NCBI GenBank assembly: GCA_001872575.1
Contig: MNWP01000006.1
Span: 10,679-74,678, forward strand
DNA length: 64,000 bases
Reading direction: 5' to 3'
From: Candidatus Peregrinibacteria bacterium CG1_02_54_53
GTDB lineage: Bacteria > Patescibacteriota > Gracilibacteria > Peribacterales > Peribacteraceae
Part shown: piece after piece, positions 30,883 through 39,612 of the stretch
Layout: each line of letters opens with the position of its first letter
How positions within the stretch are numbered: position 1 is the first letter of the stretch
Made by a program: the position numbers and the translations under genes
The notes under the pieces: model-generated
Databases searched by the model: none
Seen by the model: the letters and a program-made list of their open reading frames with translations, nothing else
What the model was told of the DNA's origin: nothing

Positions 30883-31641
30883 CTAGGGAATCTTTTTGAC
30901 CTCGATTCCGATACCCTCCCTGAAAGATATCCACTCCTCTTTGAGGTTCCTCAATGGAACATCAGAAAAACGGGAAACCAATTCAAGAAGTTTCTTCACA
31001 TCGTCTTTGGTCACATGTATTCGCATATCTTTTCGCAGATTGAGTTTCGATGTGACGTAATCATCCAGCTCTCGTTGCGTTTGATGTCCTTTGTCGCAAT
31101 GTTCCCAACAGAACTCCCAAATATATCGTCTTTTGGCCTTATTCAATGTTTGTCCGTTCTCTTCTTCTCCCTCCTTCCATATTCGATATGTTCGGAAATT
31201 AGTAATGCTATTACCAACTCGGAAAAAATTATCGTCATTATTTGCGGTTTCCTTACCCTTGCCCTGTGTTTGAAGCTGCTGAGATTGCTCTGTTCCGAGT
31301 CTATAACAAGTACTCAGATAATCACGGTAGCGAGTGAAGAACTCCTTTCTGCCCTCTCGTTGGTGCTTCTGTATGTCAGCTTCAATTGCGTCTGCTTTTG
31401 GTTCGGGCAAGATTACATCTCTCACAGATTGCAAATTAGGATGCCTGTAATCCTCTTCAAAAGTGAAACCCAAAAGCTCTACGAAGTCTTTTGGCACAGG
31501 AACAATCTCATTCGCATATCGTAGAAATATTGTGACCCCATCAAGCCAACTCCTCTCCTCCAAAGAACCTCTCTGCAAAGAATCCACTTGTGCAGCAAGT
31601 GCATCCAGCTCAGCAATAATCTGGTCTTTGTTCATGCTCAT
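30883..31641 (-). CDS. Hypothetical protein
   Basis: About 250-aa ORF co-directional with the element core genes. Confidence 0.7.
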   Translation of the reverse strand: MSMNKDQIIAELDALAAQVDSLQRGSLEERSWLDGVTIFLRYANEIVPVPKDFVELLGFTFEEDYRHPNLQSVRDVILPEPKADAIEADIQKHQREGRKEFFTRYRDYLSTCYRLGTEQSQQLQTQGKGKETANNDDNFFRVGNSITNFRTYRIWKEGEEENGQTLNKAKRRYIWEFCWEHCDKGHQTQRELDDYVTSKLNLRKDMRIHVTKDDVKKLLELVSRFSDVPLRNLKEEWISFREGIGIEVKKIP

Positions 31642-31676
31642 AATGCTCAAATCCTAGCCCATTGGTTCAGAAGAGA

Positions 31677-31964
31677 CTACATCTGTTCCTGTGAAACTTT
31701 TGCAGAGCTTGCGTACATCAGACCCAAGCAATTGCGGCATTTGAAATGCCCGAAGTCGGTGCTGTATAGGGACTCAAATAGTTCCTGGCAGTCTGCACAC
31801 AGAAAGAAATACCGATAACCATTCTTCAGGTTCGTGACTCGACCAACCACCTTGATAGCCTGTGAGCCAACCTGCAACACAGCACCTATTGCCTGGTTGG
31901 GAATGGCAGCCCTCACATCACCGATATGCAGCCTGTCACACTGTTCCAGGATGGGCTTTCTCAT
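31677..31964 (-). CDS. Small zinc-finger protein
   Basis: GYRYFFLCADC...LY...FKCRNCLGLMYAS (two CxxC). Confidence 0.72.
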   Translation of the reverse strand: MRKPILEQCDRLHIGDVRAAIPNQAIGAVLQVGSQAIKVVGRVTNLKNGYRYFFLCADCQELFESLYSTDFGHFKCRNCLGLMYASSAKVSQEQM

Positions 31965-32553
31965 GGTTGGATTGAGTAGGTGGAATACCCTGGTTGATCT
32001 GCATGTTCTGCGCCACAATTGCATTTTTTGCCCTCACCTGAATCTGTGGCATGGAGAGATTTTGGAGTGCCTGTGCTAGCCGAATGATCTGATCGTTGGA
32101 GCTTTCCATTCCCTTCCGAACTTCTGCCAAGTACTTCGTTCTTTCTGGGCTACAATCGAAAGCAAGGCCTCCCTCCTCTTGCTTATACTTGATTGCTGCA
32201 AACATACGTTCGTATGACCAGGCCTGGTTCCAAGCAGAGACAAGACGATGGATAAGGAGCTTTTTCTGCGGTGTATCGGAACCGAATTGATCTTCCAACT
32301 CATTGTAGATTCGCTCTATGCCATTCTTCATGTCTGCATCGGCAAGAGACATGGGAAGCTGCGGACTGTTGACGGAAGCATAGGCAAGGAGAGATGTTTG
32401 CAATTCTTGGTATTTCTTCTCCTCTTCTTTGGTGCGCTTACCCTTGTCGTGCAACTGGAAAAAAGTCTCTCTCTGCACACGATCTTGGGATTGGAGTTTG
32501 GACTCCTTCTTCTGCAACTGCTCACCTTTGACGAGTGCAAGTGTCGAAGACAT
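31936..32553 (-). CDS. Hypothetical helical protein of the element core
   Basis: 205 aa, helical, Q/N-rich tail; first gene of the leftward operon. Confidence 0.72.
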   Translation of the reverse strand: MSSTLALVKGEQLQKKESKLQSQDRVQRETFFQLHDKGKRTKEEEKKYQELQTSLLAYASVNSPQLPMSLADADMKNGIERIYNELEDQFGSDTPQKKLLIHRLVSAWNQAWSYERMFAAIKYKQEEGGLAFDCSPERTKYLAEVRKGMESSNDQIIRLAQALQNLSMPQIQVRAKNAIVAQNMQINQGIPPTQSNHEKAHPGTV

Positions 32554-32670
32554 GCGTAAATTGTATCTAAATCCTTAGGAGACCCTTCTCATGGACAGAA
32601 AGTCCTAGGAGAGAGAAGGCAATTCCTTTCGGCTTCAATACCGAGCCCCAAGAGACGTTCCATCAGTACA

Positions 32671-32702
32671 TGGTAACTTCGCGCTTTGCGCGAAGGTTAC
32701 CA
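32671..32702. promoter_or_regulatory. Strong hairpin in the divergent intergenic region
   Basis: tggtaacttcgcgc-ttt-gcgcgaaggttacca, 14 bp with one bulge. Confidence 0.55.
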
Positions 32703-32765
32703 GAAGAGTGAATGGTCTATCGAACCGCTCTCTTATCAAATCTGATCTGATAGACTGTACAACGA

Positions 32766-33755
32766 GTGAGTAGCGCACTGAAAATTGTTGGCTTGGTGAT
32801 CCGTTGGCCTCTCAGCGTTTTCCTGCTCCTCCTGAGCGTAACTGGCGTGATTACCGGGGATGTCATGGCAGGAATCGGTATTGCACTCATGGGGGCGGTG
32901 CTCTTGCCAGTGCTTCGACAGGTTGGGGGGATCAAGCTCACACCTTGGGTGCGTGTCGGTGTCGTTGCCGTGGGATTCATCGTTTTCGCCATCGGAGTTC
33001 CACGAAAGAGTTCATTGCCCACTCCGGTTGTTGAGACAGAGAGCATGTCATCCGCCACGTTCTCCGGCGGATCGCAGGGGAGCGTCGGTGAGTCGCAGCA
33101 AGTCTCTCAGACGGCGGAAGTTGTCTCCGTCATAGACGGTGACACCATCAGAGTGAAACTTGCCGATGGGAAGGAGCAGAAGGTGCGTGTCATCGGGCTC
33201 GATGCGCCGGAAGTAAGCCCCTTACAATGCTTCGGCAAGGAATCATCGAATCATCTCTCTTCGTTCATCGCAGGAAAGGGCGTGACGCTCGAAAGCGAAC
33301 CTCAGGATGACCGGGACATCTACGGTCGGCTTCTGCGCTATATCTCGTTCAATGGACAGGATATCGGCGCTGCGATGATTCGTGACGGCTATGCCGAGAG
33401 CTATCGCAAGTACCCGCATCCGCGCATTGAGTCCTACAACTCCCTTGAGGCGAGCGCCAAGGAGCGCAAGGCGGGTCTGTGGAGCGCCTGTGCGGCTCCG
33501 GTGGCCGTATCGAGCAAAGCTGCCGTGGCGACACCCCTCACTCAGCCGACGAGTCCGCAGCCCCAAGCGCAAACAGGAAATGGGGAGTGCGTCATCAAGG
33601 GAAATGTGAATGCCAAGAAAGATAGGATTTATCACCTTCCCGGTTGCGGGTCATACACACAAACGCAGATCAGACCGGGGGAAGGAGATAGATGGTTCTG
33701 TACAGAAGCGGAGGCGCAAGCGGCGGGGTTCCGAAAGGCTGGGAATTGTCGGTAG
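32766..33755 (+). CDS. Membrane-anchored thermonuclease (SNase) with C-terminal IKGN/Ada-like domain
   Basis: VIDGDT, VRVIGLDAPE, DIYGRLLRY, KAGLW; CVIKGN..IYHLPG..WFCTEAEAQAAGFR. Confidence 0.92.
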   Translation: MSSALKIVGLVIRWPLSVFLLLLSVTGVITGDVMAGIGIALMGAVLLPVLRQVGGIKLTPWVRVGVVAVGFIVFAIGVPRKSSLPTPVVETESMSSATFSGGSQGSVGESQQVSQTAEVVSVIDGDTIRVKLADGKEQKVRVIGLDAPEVSPLQCFGKESSNHLSSFIAGKGVTLESEPQDDRDIYGRLLRYISFNGQDIGAAMIRDGYAESYRKYPHPRIESYNSLEASAKERKAGLWSACAAPVAVSSKAAVATPLTQPTSPQPQAQTGNGECVIKGNVNAKKDRIYHLPGCGSYTQTQIRPGEGDRWFCTEAEAQAAGFRKAGNCR

Positions 33756-33757
33756 GT

Positions 33758-34351
33758 TTACTGGCTCAGGTATTCCTCTGCCTCTTCTTCGCTCATCAGA
33801 TGCATGAAGTCCTCCTTCCGTGGCGGTCGCATAGGCCTCTCCGTGGCCTTCAGACCGTTCTTCAGGACGTGGAGGAGTAATTCCCCGTACTGACCCCTTG
33901 AAACGTCCTTGTCCGCAATGAGGATGCCCTCCACGTCCCTCCATGTGGCGAATGGGAACGGGACTTCCGAGAGCAAGGATCGCATGTCCTGAAGGAAGAC
34001 GGAGGCACAGTTCTCAAAGAGTCCGTCACCACCGCGTTTTCCTCTGAGCAGAACCCAAGGATTCGCATGTGTACCCGTGATCCCGTATTCCACTTTCGGG
34101 AACATCGTGAGGTATCGAAAGTCGGTATAACCACCGGAAAAATGTGTGAATATCACTTCGTCCATGAGTACGCCGAGGGCGCAGAGGCACACAAAGAGAG
34201 AGCGGTATTTTCCATCTGCGACACTCGGAACGCGTTCTGCGAAGTCTTGAACATGGAAGTAGTCCTCATCCCCAAAATTGTGAGAGTACCGCCTGACGGC
34301 CTCTTGCAGGTCGAGGGGGAAGCGCCGATGGTAGTAGGTTTCTAGGGTCAT
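33758..34351 (-). CDS. Hypothetical protein
   Basis: 197-aa ORF with no recognised motif. Confidence 0.65.
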   Translation of the reverse strand: MTLETYYHRRFPLDLQEAVRRYSHNFGDEDYFHVQDFAERVPSVADGKYRSLFVCLCALGVLMDEVIFTHFSGGYTDFRYLTMFPKVEYGITGTHANPWVLLRGKRGGDGLFENCASVFLQDMRSLLSEVPFPFATWRDVEGILIADKDVSRGQYGELLLHVLKNGLKATERPMRPPRKEDFMHLMSEEEAEEYLSQ

Positions 34352-34387
34352 CAGGTGTCAGTACGAAAGATGCATCATCGCCGGATT

Positions 34388-35287
34388 CTACGGTAGCCAT
34401 CCGCGCAGCCGAGCGGCAATCTTCGCTGCTAACTTCACTGTCTCCGGTGTGATGTAGCCGAGTCTCACATTGCGTTCGTAGAAGCCAATGATGTAGTAGG
34501 TCATACGAGAGGTGTGGTATCCGTAATACAGTGGAGAACCAAAGCCCAAGTACACAGCCACAAGGTCAGTCAGTATCTCATTCTGCGCCGGATCGGGGGC
34601 ATCCATTCTATGCTCATGCATGTAGTGATGTGTGGATTCGTGAGCGAGGATTGCGACGATGTTCTCGATTCTAAACTCCTTGTTTCGTCGTATGCAGATT
34701 TCCCTTTGCCATTGGTTCTTTGCCTGATAAGAACCTGCGTGATTCTCATTATCATTCCAATCCGTCACACGGACTTTCACAGGAACGTGGATGCCGAGAA
34801 AGGCAGCCATGTGTTCAGCAATGCGCTGAAGTGAAGGCTCCGCAAAGTCTGAGTCCTGTGCCTCGGTTTCCATCCATCGTGGAAGTTCGTACAGACCGTT
34901 GACTGATGTCGGGGGCTGCGGTGTTTGCTCATGTATTCGCTTCAACAGAGCTTCAATTTCTTCCTGTGGAATCTGTTTTCGCTTTCCCGAAAATAATTCA
35001 TCAAGACCGGGTTGCCCCGGAAACATCGCTTGAAAGACCTTTGAGAAGTCCTGGCTCGGATCGTATGCCCAACTTCGACGCATATCGTCTACAGCCCTCA
35101 TAAGACCGCGCCAGATATTCAATAATCTTGATCGAAAACGGCGGAAGTGATTCTCGAAAGAATAGACGCGCAAGTTTCGCCTAAAGTTGTAAGCGGCCTC
35201 CTTGAGTGGCTCCGACATTGTGCTGAGCAGCTTCCTCATTCGCTGCTCACTTCTTTCCGCCGATTCCGACTCTTTGGAAGACTTCAT
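34388..35287 (-). CDS. HExxH zinc metallopeptidase-like protein
   Basis: HAGSY, ILAHESTHHY, NEILTDLVAVYLGFG. Confidence 0.75.
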   Translation of the reverse strand: MKSSKESESAERSEQRMRKLLSTMSEPLKEAAYNFRRNLRVYSFENHFRRFRSRLLNIWRGLMRAVDDMRRSWAYDPSQDFSKVFQAMFPGQPGLDELFSGKRKQIPQEEIEALLKRIHEQTPQPPTSVNGLYELPRWMETEAQDSDFAEPSLQRIAEHMAAFLGIHVPVKVRVTDWNDNENHAGSYQAKNQWQREICIRRNKEFRIENIVAILAHESTHHYMHEHRMDAPDPAQNEILTDLVAVYLGFGSPLYYGYHTSRMTYYIIGFYERNVRLGYITPETVKLAAKIAARLRGWLP

Positions 35288-35303
35288 TGTTGAAGGAAAT
35301 GGC

Positions 35304-36509
35304 TCAATAACAAACCGCCGGAGCCGCACGGAACTCCTTTTCGATTTCCGACACATCATGCTCGATTCGTTCGTAATCGAATCGCCAAGGATCGCGTTGA
35401 ACATTCAACGTGTTATCAAACTGTTCCGACCACTCCGACCAGTAATAATCCGTAAGGGGTATCTCGGTGGGATTGATGGCTCGGTATATGGCGAGGTAAT
35501 CGTTGAACAGTGGGATGAACCGTCCCTCAATCTCATCGAGGATGGTGATGCAACGAGACCCGTTCTCCTGCCGAGCCAGTTCTTGGGCTTGCGCGACCAT
35601 CCTCTCATGGAGCTTGTCCCATGCGGCGATCTTGCCCTTCATGCGTTCGAGCAGAAGCGGATCAGGTGAACATGTCTGAGATTGAGGTTCTGTTCCATCT
35701 GGGAAGAGGCAGGAAGCGTTTTTGAGTGTGCAGGTGACGCTTTGTTGCCCATCAATGCACAGAGAAACAGGTTCACATTCCCAGTCATACTGTGTACACC
35801 GATAGTAAGTTGTTCCTGAGGTCTTCGACGATGTAGAGGGAGCAGAAGTCCCGCGCTGGGCAGGAGCAGTCGGCAGTTGATAAGCCTTCCCTTCCGCAGC
35901 ACAGTTCGGATACACCAAACCCCTTTTCAGTCGGTCGAGCATCACCACCATCTCCGCGCGGTTCATATTGTTGGAGGGGCGCACTTTTTCTGTCCCAGCA
36001 TCACCTTGCAAGATGCAGTTCGAGGCGGCGAGGCGTATAGCCTCCGTGAACCACTGACCCTCAGGGTTATCTTGGAAGGCAGGGGCTTCTCCTTGGAGAC
36101 CGATGCCGAAGGCACGTTGGAGGATCGCAGAGGCCTCAGCACGATTGATAGGGCTTTCGGGCTTCGCAAGACAAGGGTGAGTACCCAGGCAGCTTCCTGC
36201 CCCCTTCATCCATCCTGAGGCTGCTGCTTGCTCAAAGGGAGCGTAGTAGACAGCGTTCGGGCTCACGTCATCGAAGCTCTGTCCCGTAGAAGCCACGGTG
36301 ACCCCGCCTTGCAGTTTGACGATGAGTTCGATGAACTCCGCTCGCGTGGCGTTATCTCCCGGCCTGAAGGCCGTGTTGCCGGGGAAGTATCCGGCATCCG
36401 TGAATGCGGAGACCGTATGGGCATACCACGCGCCCTGAGACACGTCCGGCGGGGCGGCGAAGACCGTGAAGGGAAGAAGACCAATAATGAGAAGAAGTGC
36501 AGTTCTCAT
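35304..36509 (-). CDS. Secreted SLH (S-layer homology) domain protein
   Basis: Signal peptide; three SLH repeats (TRAEF, NRAEA, NRAEM); Cys-rich C-terminal part. Confidence 0.9.
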   Translation of the reverse strand: MRTALLLIIGLLPFTVFAAPPDVSQGAWYAHTVSAFTDAGYFPGNTAFRPGDNATRAEFIELIVKLQGGVTVASTGQSFDDVSPNAVYYAPFEQAAASGWMKGAGSCLGTHPCLAKPESPINRAEASAILQRAFGIGLQGEAPAFQDNPEGQWFTEAIRLAASNCILQGDAGTEKVRPSNNMNRAEMVVMLDRLKRGLVYPNCAAEGKAYQLPTAPAQRGTSAPSTSSKTSGTTYYRCTQYDWECEPVSLCIDGQQSVTCTLKNASCLFPDGTEPQSQTCSPDPLLLERMKGKIAAWDKLHERMVAQAQELARQENGSRCITILDEIEGRFIPLFNDYLAIYRAINPTEIPLTDYYWSEWSEQFDNTLNVQRDPWRFDYERIEHDVSEIEKEFRAAPAVCY

Positions 36510-36540
36510 GGAAAGAGGGGAAGTGTAGGTGGATATACCC

Positions 36541-36672
36541 AAGCGGGCATCCAACCTGGCACTCCTACTGCACCGCTCCTTGCGGAGATCGGACGGTAGG
36601 CAGGCGGATGCCCGCTAAGACCGTCGTTTCTCCGTGGGGAAAATCCCCAAGGGTGCGATGCCGTAGGAGTGC
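36541..36672 (-). promoter_or_regulatory. Structured leader (multi-stem hairpin plus pseudoknot) upstream of the SLH gene
   Basis: agcgggcatcc/ggatgcccgct, gcactcctac/gtaggagtgc, gacggt/accgtc, cggaga/tctccg, gggga-aaa-tcccc. Confidence 0.65.
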
Positions 36673-36732
36673 GTCAGTATGTTACTACTGCTTCACAGGC
36701 TTTGCACTGCATCAATCCTGTAAAATGAAGGC

Positions 36733-37630
36733 ATGTGTGCGATCACCATCCGTCATCACTACCTCCCACAGTGCTACCTCAGAGGATTTCTTGATGAAGA
36801 GGGATACCTGCATGTCTACGACAAACAAGAGCAACGCTTTTTCTCTACCAAAGGAACCAATGACGTTTTTCAAGAGAAGCACCGGAACTCGATACAATCT
36901 CCCCTCACAGGAGAAAGGCATGATGTGTTTGAGGGGCTCTATTCAGACTTTGATTCTCTGATGGCACCACTGTTGAAGAAGATCATTGATTCCAAGTCTA
37001 CCGAACCTCCACCTCTCGACTTGGAAGAAAGATGGAAAATGATGCTCTGTCTGGGCTTTCTTTACTGGCGTGTTCCTTCCAGGGATGCACAGGGCAAGGA
37101 ACTGGTAAACAGGTTTGGATTCAGAAGTGACTTCTTCAACATTCACGACAAAAAAACAGGTAAGCCCATTTCCGATGAAGAGATGCGGAAAATTGCAGGT
37201 TTTGACGGCATGGACACCGCCTACAAGATGGGGCTTTCTTTTGCACCGTTTTACAGCGCAGAAAGCTACAAAACTGCACAGCATTGGAAGTTCTTGTACC
37301 AAGACCCAGGTTTTCACATCACTGGTGACAACCCGATACTGTGTCGAAAAGACGCGCAGGATTTCAAAGAGATTCTTGATGAGTTCATTTTTCCCGTCTC
37401 ATCAGGGATGAGTTATCATCAGCAACAAACATTACCCAAACCAAAACCCTGGGCGCGATTTCTGCTTCAAGTTGAGTGTGGCGATCATTGAGCAAGCTCA
37501 TCGTTTTGTCTGCGCCAGGAACATGGATTATTTGAAACTATTGGTCAATTTGCATCAACGGTCTCATCAGGTATTTTCAAAGGCAGGAACAAATGTGATG
37601 GAGTACCTATACGATGAGAAGAGGTTTTGA
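36733..37630 (+). pseudogene. DUF4238 domain protein with an apparent frameshift near 37410
   Basis: RHHYLPQCYLRGF, WRVP, ITGDNP. A shifted frame continues VIISNKH...VAIIEQAHRFVC to a stop at 37630. Confidence 0.72.
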
Positions 37631-37664
37631 GTCGGAATGCTCCACTGTTCCGATCTTACATTTC

Positions 37665-38162
37665 ATGGCTATACTGGATGTGATGAAAAAAATCATTGAG
37701 ATTTTGGGCAAAGTAGTAGTCGCAGTGGTCAGCATCGGTTTTTTTGCGGCATGGTTGGCACTGCCAATCTACAATGATTACTCATGGGATGATGCGGTCA
37801 TTCGGCAAAGAGAGACAGAAGGATGGGCAGTTGCATCCACCCTTGGCAATGTAATTGACATAACTGCACCGTGGACAATCTTCAAACAACCGATTGACCA
37901 GATCGCCTTTGTAAAACCCGATGAGATTAGCATTGCGCCAACGGGATTCATCTTCATAGATGTTCTGTGGGTACGACGCGGGATGAGAAAAGAGACTGAG
38001 AGCGAAACATCCTTTACTGCCTTTGATTGTGAACGGGGCATGAGTGCGTATGTGGATTTGGATGAAAAAGATTTGGGCAAAGCATTGCAGTTTGAGTGGC
38101 GCAGTTTCAATGAAGGTCTGCCAGGTCACGATGTGATTTCTTTTGTTTGCAGCCATGTATAG
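37665..38162 (+). CDS. Hypothetical membrane-anchored protein
   Basis: N-terminal TM, then a soluble domain with two Cys. Confidence 0.7.
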   Translation: MAILDVMKKIIEILGKVVVAVVSIGFFAAWLALPIYNDYSWDDAVIRQRETEGWAVASTLGNVIDITAPWTIFKQPIDQIAFVKPDEISIAPTGFIFIDVLWVRRGMRKETESETSFTAFDCERGMSAYVDLDEKDLGKALQFEWRSFNEGLPGHDVISFVCSHV

Positions 38163-38409
38163 AGTCCTCGCCATTCTTTGCAAAATCTTCTACATCATCT
38201 GGGGTGCGGGTTATGCTTTCCTTTTTCTTTTTTCGCTCTACGTTCGTTTCGTAGCCGAGCCAACAATCACTCACGGAATTGGGGCGGTTCTGTCAGCAAA
38301 CGATCCCCTCAGTACCGCGCAAACTATTACCTCCATTCTTCTCCTACTACCTGCGATACTGGCGTATCAGGGTGAGCAATTTTTCACAAAAAAAGCCAAT
38401 GGTAGATGA
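38155..38409 (+). CDS. Small two-TM membrane protein
   Basis: Two hydrophobic segments; overlaps both neighbours in operon fashion. Confidence 0.6.
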   Translation: MYRVLAILCKIFYIIWGAGYAFLFLFSLYVRFVAEPTITHGIGAVLSANDPLSTAQTITSILLLLPAILAYQGEQFFTKKANGR

Positions 38410-38989
38410 ACTGAAACAGTTACTCCCTCCTCCTGGGTGTTGGCTGTTTGGGAAAGATGCCCCAAAGCCTGATGAGAACGGGAAGTTTCTTGAAATGTTC
38501 AAGGAACCAGAGGAGGCAAAGATCGTGATTGAGAAATACCAAGGCAGCCATGCCAATGCCGTTGATCTCCTGGGAGAGGCAAAACTGCTTTACCAGAATA
38601 AACGATATGCCAGAGCGGTTGCGTTGGGTATCTCAGCCTGGGAAGAGTTGGGCAAGTCACAGATGGCTGCTGACTACTACACGGGCGTGATACCTGAACC
38701 TGTATATAAGAAGGCATTTACGGATCACAGAGCCAAAACCTCATATCTGCACCGAACAGCAGTGGTGAAATCTACTGGCAAGATGGGCGTTGTCTATGAC
38801 AAGCAATCAGGAGAAGCCCTGGAAAAAATACGGCAGGACGCACTGTACATTTCCGATTCAAGCACCCCAGACAAATACACCAAGGAAGATGCTGAGTTCA
38901 TCATGCAAAGAGTCTTTGAGCATCTGCACTTCATTCACTACGCAGAGGAATTGAATGATCGCATCGGGTCAAAAGGGATATTCAAATAG
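38399..38989 (+). CDS. AbiV-family abortive infection protein
   Basis: NAVDLLGEAKLL..YARAVALGISAWEELGK, DHRAK, RQDALY. Confidence 0.85.
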   Translation: MVDELKQLLPPPGCWLFGKDAPKPDENGKFLEMFKEPEEAKIVIEKYQGSHANAVDLLGEAKLLYQNKRYARAVALGISAWEELGKSQMAADYYTGVIPEPVYKKAFTDHRAKTSYLHRTAVVKSTGKMGVVYDKQSGEALEKIRQDALYISDSSTPDKYTKEDAEFIMQRVFEHLHFIHYAEELNDRIGSKGIFK

Positions 38990-39080
38990 CTCTCTATGGA
39001 CACCAACTCCTAGGTCAGGTTGAGGCTTTGGAACCTACTCAGAGAGCCCACCACGGTTCTAACTTCGTACAGTCTGGCGC

Positions 39081-39612
39081 ACCATTCGTCCCGCAATTGC
39101 GGGACTCATGGCAAGCCATATGTTGCATGTCTACATCCTTGAACTGGAAAATGACTCCTATTATGTCGGTCATACCGACAACCTACGACGAAGACTGATG
39201 GAGCATGAACAAGGAATTGCATGTTCACATACGAAAAAATATCCGATGAAGCAACTCCTTTGGTCAGAGTCACAGCCAAATCGGAATGCTGCTCGCATGA
39301 GGGAAATTGAGATCAAGGGTTGGCGACGCAAAAAGAAGGAACGTCTCTGGCAGAAAGTGAGCTTGCCCTGACGAGAGAAGCGAGGAAGGGTCTCCCCCAC
39401 GGCACCATTCGTCGGCCCTTTGGGCCTCCTCATGGTGAACCATTCTACTGCTTCTCTTGAATAAGCCCGATATTTCCTACAAGCAGCCGAGGCGAATGAC
39501 AGTGAGCGTAGCGAAGCGAAGCCGGGCATATCGATTTCAACTGAAACCAGATAGTAAGCTGTTCTATCCTCGTTACCATTCGTCCCGCAATTGCGGGACT
39601 CATGGCAAGCCA
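39081..39612. repeat. Three CCA-TTCG-hairpin-CTCA-TGG units plus a duplicated tRNA 3' end
   Basis: accattcgtcccgcaattgcgggactcatggcaagcca at 39081 and 39575, a variant at 39404; gtctcccccacggcacca at 39390-39407 is identical to 27194-27211. Confidence 0.88.
39120..39371 (+). CDS. Stand-alone GIY-YIG nuclease
   Basis: HVYIL, YYVGHTDNLRRRLMEH, AARMREIEIKGW. Confidence 0.92.
   Translation: MLHVYILELENDSYYVGHTDNLRRRLMEHEQGIACSHTKKYPMKQLLWSESQPNRNAARMREIEIKGWRRKKKERLWQKVSLP

Larger units (their letters stand above)
27206..39084. mobile_element. ~11.9-kb integrative (satellite/IME-like) element at the tRNA-Leu 3' end; 6-bp core GCACCA at both ends
   Basis: Large serine recombinase at the left end. 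GCACCA at 27206-27211 and 39079-39084; joining the two ends restores an in-frame recombinase C-terminus. Carries an ATPase and accessory cargo. Confidence 0.85.

Noticed and set aside
32752-32760. 9-bp match (gtacagtct) to the attP arm at 39067-39075
   Set aside because: Too short to distinguish from chance.
27212-39078. Prophage
   Set aside because: No recognisable capsid, portal, terminase, tail or lysis genes.
39390-39407. 18-bp tRNA 3' duplicate as the attR of the serine-integrase element
   Set aside because: The GCACCA at 39079-39084 restores a plausible in-frame integrase tail and an attB continuous with the hairpin unit. The 18-bp copy is better explained by the GIY-YIG cassette, though the alternative is not fully excluded.
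39081-39612. Hairpin repeats as a CRISPR array
   Set aside because: Only three units with irregular spacing of 170-320 bp, one interval contains a gene, and there are no cas genes.
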